A stretch of 64,000 bases of DNA from positions 9,313-73,312 of the forward strand of contig JBGULC010000022.1 in assembly GCA_045114775.1 (NCBI GenBank), written 5' to 3'. This document shows positions 53,699 to 63,267 of the stretch, piece after piece. This stretch comes from Christensenellales bacterium. GTDB taxonomy: Bacteria; Bacillota; Clostridia; Christensenellales; CAG-138. Numbering within the stretch: the stretch's first letter is position 1; every line of letters starts with the position of its first letter. The notes under the pieces are model-generated. The model was not told the DNA's origin. It was given only the letters and a program-made list of their open reading frames with translations, and did no database searches. The position numbers and the translations under genes were made by a program.

Positions 53699-54568
53699 AT
53701 GAAAAGCAATACCGGATTTCAGACAACGATCACATCCGAGCATAAGCTCATGGATCTGCATATCAAAGAGACGTTCCGATACCGGGATCTCATCTTTCTG
53801 TTCGTGAAGCGGGATTTCACCGCGATGTACAAGCAGACGGTGCTCGGTCCGCTTTGGGCGATTATTCAGCCGCTTTTGACGACGCTCGTCTTCACGGTCA
53901 TCTTCGGGAAGCTTGCAAAGCTGACCACCGCGGATGCGCCGGGGGAGATCCTGCTGCCGGGATTCCTGTTCTATATGGCGGGCAACATCTGCTGGAGCCT
54001 GTTTTCAACGACCGTGGAGGCGACGAGCAACACGTTTCTGAAAAACCGGACCACGATGGGAAAGGTATACTACCCGCGTCTGGTCGCACCGATCTCGACG
54101 GCGCTGTCGAACCTGATCTCCTTCGTGATCCAGTTCGTGCTGCTGATCGGGTTTCTGCTGTTCTTCGTTTTCACCGGCAAGGCGGAGATCCGCGTCACGC
54201 CCGCGCTCGCGCTGCTGCCGCTTCTGATCGCGCAGCTTCTGATCCTTGCCGTCGGCTGCGGAATCATCATATCGTCGGTTACGACGAAATACCGCGATCT
54301 CGCGATGCTTGTGGGCTTCGGGCTGCATCTGTGGCAGTATGCTTCGCCGATCGCATACGGTCTCGAGCTGATTCCGGAATCGTGGAGGACGGCGTATCTT
54401 TTGAATCCTGTGACGCCGATCGTCACGACGTTCCGCTATGCGCTGTTCGGCTCCGGTTATTTCAATCTCTGGTTTTACCTGATCAGCTGGGGAATGACGC
54501 TGCTGATCTTCTTGATCGGGCTGATCCTGTTCAGCAGGATCGAGCGGACGTTCATGGATACGATCTGA
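53699..54568 (+). CDS. ABC-2 polysaccharide/teichoic-acid export permease (Wzm/TagG-like)
   Basis: FRYRDLIFLFVKRDFTAMYKQTVLGPLWAIIQPLL signature start. Six TM segments. Confidence 0.85.
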   Translation: MKSNTGFQTTITSEHKLMDLHIKETFRYRDLIFLFVKRDFTAMYKQTVLGPLWAIIQPLLTTLVFTVIFGKLAKLTTADAPGEILLPGFLFYMAGNICWSLFSTTVEATSNTFLKNRTTMGKVYYPRLVAPISTALSNLISFVIQFVLLIGFLLFFVFTGKAEIRVTPALALLPLLIAQLLILAVGCGIIISSVTTKYRDLAMLVGFGLHLWQYASPIAYGLELIPESWRTAYLLNPVTPIVTTFRYALFGSGYFNLWFYLISWGMTLLIFLIGLILFSRIERTFMDTI

Positions 54569-54607
54569 TCTTTTGTACGGACTATGATGCAGCGAGGTGA
54601 TAACGAT

Positions 54608-55615
54608 ATGCCGGACGTCGATCTGGTCGTGATGTGGGTCGATGGGAGCGATCCTCTTTGGCTTGCGGAAAAAAACAAATACGGCGCAGCCTCGCCTTTG
54701 GAAAGCGAGGCCGGCTACCGGTTCCGCGATCACGGAATGATGAAATACTGGTTCCGTTCCGTCGAACGGTATCTGCCGTGGTTCCGGAAGATCCATTTCG
54801 TGACGTGGGGGCATCTGCCGCCGTTTCTCGACACGTCGAATCCGAAGCTGCACGTCGTCCGCCATCAGGATTTCATGCCGGAGGGGACGCTGCCCTGCTT
54901 CAATTCGACCGCGCTTGAGATCAATCTGTTCCGGATCGAAGGCCTTGCGGAGCACTTCGTGTATTTCAACGACGACATATTTGTGCTGCAGCCCATGCGG
55001 AAGAGCGATTTCTTTACGGAAAAAGGGCTGCCCTGCCAGCAATTTACGGAGACCCCGCCGGTTTTCAACGGCAATATGGGAACGTGGCAGATGCACGTTG
55101 TGAACGATCTGAGCATCATCAATCAGCATTTCCGGAAAAAGGAATGCCAGCGCAGACGCTTTCGGCAGTACTTCAGCCTGAAGTATCCGTGGTATGACAA
55201 CGTGCGTTCCCTGGCGATGCGGATTCTGTATCCGAACTGCTTTACCGGATTCAAAACGGCGCACATACCGCAACCGTTCTGCAAGAAGACGTTCGAGACC
55301 GTCTGGAACGCGGAGCCGGCGTATCTAAAAGAGACGTCCCGCCACAAGTTCCGGGATTACAGGGACGTCAATCAGTATCTTGCGGCGTGGTGGCAGCTTG
55401 CGGAGGGCAATTTCGCGCCGAGAAAAACGGACGCGAAGACCATGATCGTCAACCGGGATACGATCGACAACGTTCATCGATGCATCGCGGAACGGGTCGT
55501 GGAGACGGTCTGCATCAACGACGGCGCGGTCGATCCGGAATATCCGGCGATCCGGGCAAAGCTTGCCGATGCGTTCGAAAGCATTTTGCCGGAGAAGAGC
55601 AGCTTTGAAAAATGA
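54608..55615 (+). CDS. Stealth-family sugar-1-phosphate transferase (CR1-CR4)
   Basis: VVMWVDGSDPLW (CR1), RFRDHGMMKYWFRSVERYLPWFRKIHFVT (CR2), YFNDDIF (CR3). ATG 54608 after GAGGTGA. Confidence 0.8.
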   Translation: MPDVDLVVMWVDGSDPLWLAEKNKYGAASPLESEAGYRFRDHGMMKYWFRSVERYLPWFRKIHFVTWGHLPPFLDTSNPKLHVVRHQDFMPEGTLPCFNSTALEINLFRIEGLAEHFVYFNDDIFVLQPMRKSDFFTEKGLPCQQFTETPPVFNGNMGTWQMHVVNDLSIINQHFRKKECQRRRFRQYFSLKYPWYDNVRSLAMRILYPNCFTGFKTAHIPQPFCKKTFETVWNAEPAYLKETSRHKFRDYRDVNQYLAAWWQLAEGNFAPRKTDAKTMIVNRDTIDNVHRCIAERVVETVCINDGAVDPEYPAIRAKLADAFESILPEKSSFEK

Positions 55616-55645
55616 TCGCGGACAGTCGCGGTGATGGGAGGATCC

Positions 55646-56680
55646 ATGGAGTTTACCGAGATGATCAGCGTCGTCATGCCGACGTACAATACCGCCGTTC
55701 CGATTCTCAAAGAAGCGGTCGACAGCATCCTTGCGCAGACGTTCGGCGCGTTTGAGTTTATCATCATTGACGACTGTTCCACGAATGAAAGCCGCGAGTA
55801 TCTGCAGGATCTTTCCGATCCGCGGATCCGCCTGATCCGTAACGAGACCAATCTCGGCGTAACAAAATCGCTGAATATCGGCTTAGCCGCCGCAAAGGGG
55901 AAGTACATTGCGCGGATGGATGCCGATGATATTTCGCTGCCGACACGGTTTGAAAAGCAATTCGCGTTCATGGAGCGGCATCCGGACGTGATCGTATGCG
56001 GGTGCGGCTGCAAGAACTTCGGCGCCGACAGCCGCCTGATCCCTGTCAGGAAAACGAACGCAGACATGGAAACGTATCGTATTTCCGCCCTGTTCCGCAA
56101 CCCCGGACCGATGCATCCGACCGCCTTTTTCAATCACGCGCTGCTGTTGAAATACGGTCTGAAGTACGACGAAAGCCTCACCTACGCGCAGGATTACGGC
56201 CTGTGGGTCGAGATCGGGAAGCTGGGACGCGTCTGCATGCTGAAAGACGTGCTTCTGCTCCGCAGGGTACATGAAAACCAGATATCCGGCAAGCTTCGGA
56301 AGGAACAGATCCGGTGCGACATGGTGACGCAGGGAAAGCTGCTGCAAAACCTGCTCGGAAACGTGACCGCCGAGGAAGCGGAGCTTCACTTCCGGCTTTC
56401 ATCCGGGACCTGCGGCGTTTCGATCTGCCCCGAGATGACGGAATGGTATCGGCGGCTTATAAACGCGAACGACCGTGCCGGGATCTACGATCGAAAAAAG
56501 TTCAAAGGCTTTATCGACAATACGATCATCAAGCAGGCGGTCATTCGGTCCTTCACGCCGGAAATGCCGATGAAAAAAAGAGTCGGTCGGTTCTTTCACT
56601 ATTTGCCGCGGACGTTGGCTTTGAGAGCTTCCGCGGGGTATATCAAAAGAGAATTGACGCGGCGCTTGCGGAAAAAATAA
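55646..56680 (+). CDS. Glycosyltransferase family 2
   Basis: ISVVMPTYN...IIDDCSTN...ARMDADDIS. Start ambiguous (55631, 55634 or 55646). Confidence 0.8.
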   Translation: MEFTEMISVVMPTYNTAVPILKEAVDSILAQTFGAFEFIIIDDCSTNESREYLQDLSDPRIRLIRNETNLGVTKSLNIGLAAAKGKYIARMDADDISLPTRFEKQFAFMERHPDVIVCGCGCKNFGADSRLIPVRKTNADMETYRISALFRNPGPMHPTAFFNHALLLKYGLKYDESLTYAQDYGLWVEIGKLGRVCMLKDVLLLRRVHENQISGKLRKEQIRCDMVTQGKLLQNLLGNVTAEEAELHFRLSSGTCGVSICPEMTEWYRRLINANDRAGIYDRKKFKGFIDNTIIKQAVIRSFTPEMPMKKRVGRFFHYLPRTLALRASAGYIKRELTRRLRKK

Positions 56681-56696
56681 CGACGGAGGAACATCC

Positions 56697-57974
56697 ATGT
56701 CGGAAGAGATTATGATCAAAATCGACCACATCTCCAAGGAGTATATGCTCGGACAGATCGGCGGAACGACGCTCCGGGACGAGCTGCAGCGGTTCGGCGC
56801 GCGTATTCGCAGAAAAGAGGATCCGACGAAAAAGATCGGCGCGCGGGAATACAAAAACGGCGAGACTTTTCTCGCGCTGGACGACGTGTCCTTCGATGTG
56901 GCGCCGGGCGAACGCATCGGCATTATCGGACGAAACGGCGCAGGCAAGTCCACGCTTCTGAAGCTGATCTCACGGGTCACCGCGCCGACTGCCGGCATGA
57001 TCGGTCTGAACGGACGCGTTGCTTCCATGCTTGAGGTCGGTACCGGTTTCCATGGAGAGCTGACGGGACGCGAGAATATTTATATGAACGGTGCGATCCT
57101 CGGCATGACCAAGCGCGAGATCGACGCCAAGATCGAGGACATCATCGATTTCTCCGAATGCCGTCAGTTTATCGACACGCCGGTCAAGCGGTACTCCAGC
57201 GGCATGTATGTGAAGCTCGCGTTTTCCGTAGCGGCGCATCTCGATTCGGAGATCATGATCATGGACGAGGTCCTGGCAGTCGGCGATATGGCGTTTCAGA
57301 AGAAATGCCTGGGAAAGATGAACGACGTTTCAAACGCGCAGGGACGCACGATCCTGTATGTCAGCCACAATATGAACACGATCCGGCAGCTTTGCACCCG
57401 CTGTATTCTGCTCGATCGCGGCCACCTGCTTTTTGACGGCGAGGTGGAGGAGGCGATCGCGCGGTATATGGACGCGGGCGGGGTTTCCTTTGAAAAGGAG
57501 ATCGATCTCCGGAATGTACCGAGACCCAGCTGGATCTCCAGAAAAGTCCTGTTTGAAAAGGCGGAGATCCAAAGAGAAAACAACGTGTATTCTTCGGAAG
57601 AATCCCTGGATCTTATCTATACGCTGGACGCCGCCGATGATTGTGACGGCGTGCGGTTCATGATGGTCCTGTTTCATCAGGACAGCACGCGGATCGGCAA
57701 GACGGAGTCGGAGGGATTTGAAGTTCACCGCGGCAGAAACGAGATTGCGGTCTCCATTCCGCTTGAGGGGCTTGCCGACGGACAGTATTACTTTGAGATC
57801 ACTGTGCTGCAGCGCAATCGCTCTTTTGCAAGGGAAAAATGCGACTGCATTCGGAACATGATCCCGATCACGATCTGCAATACCGAGGTATTCGGGATCA
57901 AGGGCGAGCACTGGCGCAACGATTACTGGGGATACGTGATGCTGAAGCCGATCCGGGTCACGGATTACAGATAA
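56697..57974 (+). CDS. Polysaccharide ABC exporter ATP-binding protein (Wzt/TagH-like) with ~170-aa C-terminal domain
   Basis: GRNGAGKSTLLKL, YSSGMYVKLAF, IMIMDEVLAVGD. The C-terminal extension is typical of Wzt glycan-recognition domains. Confidence 0.85.
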   Translation: MSEEIMIKIDHISKEYMLGQIGGTTLRDELQRFGARIRRKEDPTKKIGAREYKNGETFLALDDVSFDVAPGERIGIIGRNGAGKSTLLKLISRVTAPTAGMIGLNGRVASMLEVGTGFHGELTGRENIYMNGAILGMTKREIDAKIEDIIDFSECRQFIDTPVKRYSSGMYVKLAFSVAAHLDSEIMIMDEVLAVGDMAFQKKCLGKMNDVSNAQGRTILYVSHNMNTIRQLCTRCILLDRGHLLFDGEVEEAIARYMDAGGVSFEKEIDLRNVPRPSWISRKVLFEKAEIQRENNVYSSEESLDLIYTLDAADDCDGVRFMMVLFHQDSTRIGKTESEGFEVHRGRNEIAVSIPLEGLADGQYYFEITVLQRNRSFAREKCDCIRNMIPITICNTEVFGIKGEHWRNDYWGYVMLKPIRVTDYR

Positions 57975-58371
57975 CGGGTTAATCTGTTTTGAATAACCAT
58001 CCGGACAGCACTTCTTCCAAACAGGACAAACGATACTGTTCGTCTGTCATTGGAATCGATTCGATTTTGTTCCTCCGATCTGCATCCCTGATCCTCCGAT
58101 ATAAACGACGATTTGTATCATTGATTGTTATACAGATACCGCGAAAAACCATAGTCGGTTTGAAATCAAAAGAACAAAAAAACACGATCGGAAAAGACTC
58201 GCTCAGCGATATCACAAAACATGCTTGGGTGACGTCTCCGAACGGTGCGACAAGAAAACACGGCTATATCGAGCAATCAAGCCCGATACAGCCGCTTTTC
58301 TTTGATAAACTGTATGATTTATTACCGCACATTCAGGATGCGGCCAAGCTTTGCATAAATACGGTCCTTCT

Positions 58372-58902
58372 TCAATCCTCGTGGATCGACGGTGTATAGA
58401 CGATCTCGGCAACCTTGCCGTCGACGATCGTGACCGACAGCAGCGCCGTGCCGTCGGCAAGGTTCCAGTCCGCGTCCTTCAGCGCGGGGAACGCGTTTGC
58501 GGCGTCCTCCTCGCGCATGCCGATCTTCAGGCCCTGCGGCGTTTCGACCATGTCGGTGGTAAGCCGGATCGCCGTGATCCGGGCGACGCCGTCGATCTCG
58601 TTCGTCGTGATCTCAAACGACGGATAGAAGTGCGCCACGTCCGCGTGGTCGAACGCGCAGCTCTCGCTCGTGTGCTCGCCGACCTTGCCGGAAAGCGCGG
58701 AAAGGACCGGCTCCGCCTCGTCGTAGATGCCGAAACGCACGCCGTCGGCTTCGAAATACAGATCGCCGTACTCGCCGCCGCGCACCGCGTTCGGGTCGAT
58801 GTAGACCGCGTTCGGGTCGGTCTCCGTCTTGGGTTCCGTGCTGCCGCAGCCGATCGCAAGCAGCATCAGAAGCGCCGTGATCAAAAGAATCGTTCGTTTC
58901 AT
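58372..58902 (-). CDS. Lipoprotein, unknown function
   Basis: MKRTILLITALLMLLAIGC lipobox. ATGA overlap with the upstream gene. Confidence 0.65.
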   Translation of the reverse strand: MKRTILLITALLMLLAIGCGSTEPKTETDPNAVYIDPNAVRGGEYGDLYFEADGVRFGIYDEAEPVLSALSGKVGEHTSESCAFDHADVAHFYPSFEITTNEIDGVARITAIRLTTDMVETPQGLKIGMREEDAANAFPALKDADWNLADGTALLSVTIVDGKVAEIVYTPSIHED

Positions 58903-59951
58903 TTTCCGTTCTCCTCCGAAATCTGTCTCTGTTTTTCCGCTTCATAGCGGGCGGTCAGCGCCGCGTAATCCGTATCGTATTCCGCTTCGCCGCGGTGATC
59001 GGGAAGCGCATATTCCCGCTGCAGCAGTTCGCCGAGCCAGCGCGCCGCCTTTTCCGCGCCGAACACATTGAGATGCGCGCCTTCGTCGTAGGTGTCGGTC
59101 TGCATGTCGATCCCGATCGCATCGTTCCGTTCGATCATATCAGTATACAGCAATCCGTGCGATTTTGCAAACGCTTCGACGTCCGCGCTCCATTCCGGGT
59201 ACCAGTACGGGTCGATCGACGGGGACTTGATCAGCACGAGCGCGATCCCCCGCTCTTTGCAGAGCGCCGCCATCCGCCCAAGCCACTCCATGCTGCTTTC
59301 CGGCAGATGCTTTTCGCCGTCCTTCAGGATCGGCGGCGTCGGCAGGCCCCGATTCGGCTTCACGCCGGCATGCATCAGATAGCCCTTGAACGAAACCGGC
59401 TCGCCTGCGGAGAACCAGTATCGGACGTCCTCCTTCGTGAGTCCGGTGATGCGGTCGTGATAGCGAAGGAGCGGAAAGACGTAGCTCATGAGGTCCTCGC
59501 CCTCCGTCATGCTCGCTTTGATCGCGCCGAGCTTTGCGGCTCCCCAGCGCATACCGTCGAGGTTCAGGCGGTTATAGGCCTCGGACTGCGGCGTGCCGTA
59601 TTTCAGCGCAAGCACGTTGAAGACGACGACCCTCGGCGTTTCGGTTTTGAGCGCGTCCTCCAGAAGATAATACGAATGCCAGACGAGCTGCTGCGCGCCG
59701 CCGCGGATGTACGAGGTGATCCCGTATTCGTTGTACAGCGTGACCGGCGAGAAGTTCTCGAACACCTCGCAGTCGCCGACGAACAGCACGTCGTGATCCG
59801 TCTTTTCATCGTAATACTCGCCCGTCAGATGCCCTTCGACGAGATCGTCGTGGTATTTCGGCGCGACGAGGCGCGAAGCCGCAAACAGCGCTCCGAGAAA
59901 GACGATGCAGGCGAGCAGGATCCCGCCGATGATGAACAGCTTTCGTTTCAT
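58899..59951 (-). CDS. Membrane-anchored SGNH/DltD-like acyl-transfer protein
   Basis: N-terminal TM KLFIIGGILLACIVFLGALF. Block-I-like VLFVGDCEVFENF. Block-V-like DEGAHLNVFG. Position immediately after the MBOAT gene. Confidence 0.55.
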   Translation of the reverse strand: MKRKLFIIGGILLACIVFLGALFAASRLVAPKYHDDLVEGHLTGEYYDEKTDHDVLFVGDCEVFENFSPVTLYNEYGITSYIRGGAQQLVWHSYYLLEDALKTETPRVVVFNVLALKYGTPQSEAYNRLNLDGMRWGAAKLGAIKASMTEGEDLMSYVFPLLRYHDRITGLTKEDVRYWFSAGEPVSFKGYLMHAGVKPNRGLPTPPILKDGEKHLPESSMEWLGRMAALCKERGIALVLIKSPSIDPYWYPEWSADVEAFAKSHGLLYTDMIERNDAIGIDMQTDTYDEGAHLNVFGAEKAARWLGELLQREYALPDHRGEAEYDTDYAALTARYEAEKQRQISEENGK

Positions 59952-59952
59952 A

Positions 59953-61530
59953 TCAGAACCGGTTGTAGATGAACTGCGAAGCGTCGAAGCCGAAGCCGTA
60001 ACGCCCGAAGAGCAGGATCGTGCCGATCAGCACGAGCAGCACGCAGACCGACAGGACCGGTCCGCGCTTTAAGAGGCGCTTTCGGATCGGCGCTTTGCGC
60101 TGCGCCATGGAAAGCGCGAACATCGCGAGCACGCCCAGAAACGCGATCGCGTAGTCGACATAGGAAAGCCCGAGCGATTGAACGCCGCCGCGGAAGACCG
60201 CGCCCCAGTTCCACGTCGTGAACATGGAGAAGAACGACGAGAACGCGTCCTTGACCGTTCCGTAGCAGTCGAGGATGCGCAGCGACGACAGCAGCAGCAC
60301 CGTGCGGATCACGGTGAACCCGCGGTAGAACGCGCTCTCCGTAAGCCTCGGGAACTTTGCGTGAAACCGCGCGTAAAGCGGCTTCAGCTCCTCGGACAGC
60401 AGGATCACGACGCCGTTCAGGAGGCCCCAGACGAGGAACGTCAGGTTGCTGCCGTGCCATGCGCCGGTCAGCGCCCACACGAGCAGCGTGGCAAGGTATA
60501 CCGGCACGCGCCGCGAAACGCCCGCGCCGAGCCTGCGCGTATTCTTGGACAGCGCGCGCATCGGTTTAGAGACCGACAGCGGATAATAGACATAACGCTT
60601 GAACCACTCGCCGAGCGTGATGTGCCAGCGCCGCCAGTATTCCGAAATGCTCTTTGAGAAATACGGACGCCGGAAGTTCTCCTCGATGCGAACGCCGAGC
60701 ATCTCGCCGACGCCGATCGTGATGTCGATGCCGCCGGTGAAGTCCGCGTAGAGGCAGGCGGCGTACAGGAGCATTTCAACGAAAATGAAGTCCCCGCGGT
60801 ATATGTCCGGCCTTGCGCAGAGCGCTTTGACCGCAACGAGCAGGCGATCGGCGACGATCAGCTTTTTCCAGTAGCCCCACGCAATGCGAAGGGCGGCGGA
60901 CAGGAAGCGTTCCCCGTCGAAGGAATGCGGCTCCGTGAGCGCACGCCCGACCGTCTCCCACCGTGTGATCGGGCCCTGCACCAGAAGCGGGAAGAACGAG
61001 GTGAACAGCGCGAGCCTAAAGGGGTTCTTCTCCGCCGGGATCTCCTCGCGGTAGACGTCGAAGAGGTAGCCTACCGTCGAAAACGTATAGAACGAGATAC
61101 CCATCGTGAGCGCAAGGTCCTGCCCGAACGGCTTTGTGCCGAAGACGCCGGCAGACAGTCTTCCGAGCATCGCGCCGTACTTCAGCGCGAACAAGATCCC
61201 GACGTTGACAACAAGACACGCGATCAGCACGAGGCGGCGCTTCCGTTCAAACCGCAGACGCGCGGCTTTGCGCTCCTCCTTCGTGTGCGTCGCCTTCATC
61301 GCGGCAAGCGTTTCCTTCTGCTTTCTGAACAGCGCGTCGATCCCGCGCGCGGCACAGTACACCGTGACGATCGTGACGGCCATAAAGACCGCGCCCAAAA
61401 GACCCGCAAAACAGACGAAAACTGCGTTTGCGAGCAGCAGCACGATCCATTGGATCCGTTTCGGCACGAGGAAGTACACGGGCACGAGTACCGCCAGAAA
61501 CAGAAGAAACGCCCACGACGGAAACAGCAT
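59953..61530 (-). CDS. MBOAT-family O-acyltransferase (DltB/AlgI-like)
   Basis: Polytopic protein with SISEYWRRWHITLGEWFKRYVYYPL (MBOAT His motif) and WHGS. Confidence 0.85.
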   Translation of the reverse strand: MLFPSWAFLLFLAVLVPVYFLVPKRIQWIVLLLANAVFVCFAGLLGAVFMAVTIVTVYCAARGIDALFRKQKETLAAMKATHTKEERKAARLRFERKRRLVLIACLVVNVGILFALKYGAMLGRLSAGVFGTKPFGQDLALTMGISFYTFSTVGYLFDVYREEIPAEKNPFRLALFTSFFPLLVQGPITRWETVGRALTEPHSFDGERFLSAALRIAWGYWKKLIVADRLLVAVKALCARPDIYRGDFIFVEMLLYAACLYADFTGGIDITIGVGEMLGVRIEENFRRPYFSKSISEYWRRWHITLGEWFKRYVYYPLSVSKPMRALSKNTRRLGAGVSRRVPVYLATLLVWALTGAWHGSNLTFLVWGLLNGVVILLSEELKPLYARFHAKFPRLTESAFYRGFTVIRTVLLLSSLRILDCYGTVKDAFSSFFSMFTTWNWGAVFRGGVQSLGLSYVDYAIAFLGVLAMFALSMAQRKAPIRKRLLKRGPVLSVCVLLVLIGTILLFGRYGFGFDASQFIYNRF

Positions 61531-61763
61531 CAGTCGTCCTGTCCGGCGATCTGTTCGATCAGCGCGTAAATGGCCTTCGCGGAATTGAAGTTTTTCGGCA
61601 CGATGTCCTTTGCCGGGATCACGACGTCGAATTCCTCCTCGATCCGCGTGATCAGCATGACGACGTCGAACGAGGCGAGGATCCCGCCGTCGACGAGCCG
61701 CGTTTCGGTCTCAAAATCCGTTTCCGGATGCAGCTCGGAAAGAATCTCCAGAAGCTTTTCCAT
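61530..61763 (-). CDS. Acyl/aminoacyl carrier protein (DltC-like, 77 aa)
   Basis: AAGGAGGAA SD. LVDGGILASFDVVMLI carries the conserved phosphopantetheine Ser context. Confidence 0.75.
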   Translation of the reverse strand: MEKLLEILSELHPETDFETETRLVDGGILASFDVVMLITRIEEEFDVVIPAKDIVPKNFNSAKAIYALIEQIAGQDD

Positions 61764-61772
61764 GGTTCCTCC

Positions 61773-63266
61773 TTATTGATACAGCATGCGGCAGGCCGCC
61801 TTCCGGTCGGTCTTGCCGTTCTCCGTCAGCGGCAGCGCATCGACGCGCGCCGTGCGCTTCGGAAGCAGATATTCCGGAAGCTTGCTCTTCAGCGCCGCCA
61901 GAAGCGCCGCCCTTTCGATCGCGCCGGTATAGACGAGGCCCAGCACGCTGCGATCGCGATCGAACACCGCGCAGGCGGAATCGACGCCGTCGACCGTCCT
62001 TGCCGCGGCCTCCAGTTCGCCGAGCTCAATGCGATGCCCCATGTGCTTGATCTGATCGTCCCTGCGGCCCAAAAACTCGAGCTCGCCGCGCGCGTTGAAC
62101 CGTCCGAGATCGCCGGTGCGGTAGACCGTTTCGGGATAATCCGGGTTCAGCGGATTCTGCACGAACGCGTTTTTCGTGCGTTCCGGGTCGCGGTAATAGC
62201 CGTGGCATACCGCCGTGCCGCGAATATAGATCTCGCCCTCAGCAGCGCGCGCGCCGGTTTCGTCGACGAGAAAGATCTCGGTGTTGTCAAACGCGCGACC
62301 GATCGGGATGCGCTCGCCGTCCGCAAAGTCGCGGTCGACCTCGTAAAAGCACGACATGCCCGTGCATTCGGTCGGGCCGTACAGGTTCAGATACCGCGCG
62401 GGAACGTGCGTTCTCCAGGTCCTGAGCTGCTTCGGCGGCATGACCTCGCTGCCGAACGCAACGGTCCTCAGATACTGCGGAACGACCGCGTCAAAGGTAT
62501 GCAATGCGGAGATCAGCGTCAGCGCGGGCACGACCCAGCAGAGCGCCGTGACACGGTGCGCGTTCAGAAACTCCACGAGCGGGACCGGCGTCATAAAGAG
62601 CCGTTTCGGGACGAGAACGACCGATGAGCCGCACTTTAAGGCGGAAAGGATCTCCTTCATGCACGCGTCCACATAGAGCGGCGCCTGCATGCCGAACACG
62701 TCGGTCTCGTCGGAGCGCAGCGTTTTCGTGATCTGCGCCGCATAGTCGAGCAGCGCGCGGTGCACGCCGACGACTCCCTTCGGCGCGCCGGTGCTGCCGC
62801 TGGTGAACACGAGATACGCGGGATCGGAATCGAGCGTCCGGCCTGCCGCGCGTTCGAGCGCTGCCCGGTCGACCGGCGTTTTCGGGATCGCTTCCGCGTC
62901 AAGCGCTTCGCCCGCAAAGCCGCAGCGTGCAAGCATCTCCCCTGCGGAATCGTCGCAGACCGCGAACCGCGGTCCGACGCGTTCGAGGATCGAGCGGATG
63001 CGGCTCTCGCCCATTTCCGCGTCGACCGGAACATAGAAGCAGCCCGCGCGCCACACGCCGAAAAACGCCGCGATCATCGCGCCGCCGCGCCGCATGAACA
63101 CGAGCACCGGCTCGCGATCCGCCCCTTTGGCAAGCAGCGCCGCGCCGATCCGATCTGCGCGTTCGGCGACGTCCGAAAATGTCAGCGTCTCCCGCTCGTC
63201 CGTGAACATCGGGCGATCGGGACGCTCCTTTTTCTGCCGATCCAGATACTCCAGGACCGTTTTCAT
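61773..63266 (-). CDS. Stand-alone adenylation enzyme (DltA-like AMP-binding protein)
   Basis: A-domain core motifs LVFTSGSTGAPKGV, NLYGPTECT, YRTGDLG, GRRDDQIKHMGHRIELGE, LPLTENGKTDRK. ATG at 63266 after GGGAGGAA. Confidence 0.85.
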   Translation of the reverse strand: MKTVLEYLDRQKKERPDRPMFTDERETLTFSDVAERADRIGAALLAKGADREPVLVFMRRGGAMIAAFFGVWRAGCFYVPVDAEMGESRIRSILERVGPRFAVCDDSAGEMLARCGFAGEALDAEAIPKTPVDRAALERAAGRTLDSDPAYLVFTSGSTGAPKGVVGVHRALLDYAAQITKTLRSDETDVFGMQAPLYVDACMKEILSALKCGSSVVLVPKRLFMTPVPLVEFLNAHRVTALCWVVPALTLISALHTFDAVVPQYLRTVAFGSEVMPPKQLRTWRTHVPARYLNLYGPTECTGMSCFYEVDRDFADGERIPIGRAFDNTEIFLVDETGARAAEGEIYIRGTAVCHGYYRDPERTKNAFVQNPLNPDYPETVYRTGDLGRFNARGELEFLGRRDDQIKHMGHRIELGELEAAARTVDGVDSACAVFDRDRSVLGLVYTGAIERAALLAALKSKLPEYLLPKRTARVDALPLTENGKTDRKAACRMLYQ

Positions 63267-63267
63267 C

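Noticed and set aside
54005-55273. 422-aa minus-strand ORF
   Set aside because: Antisense to the Wzm and Stealth genes, which carry clear family motifs.
58351-59972. Plus-strand ORFs of 198 and 325 aa
   Set aside because: Antisense to the lipoprotein and SGNH-like genes of the Dlt-like operon. Arg-rich.
61428-62627. 399-aa plus-strand ORF
   Set aside because: Antisense to the carrier protein and adenylase genes.
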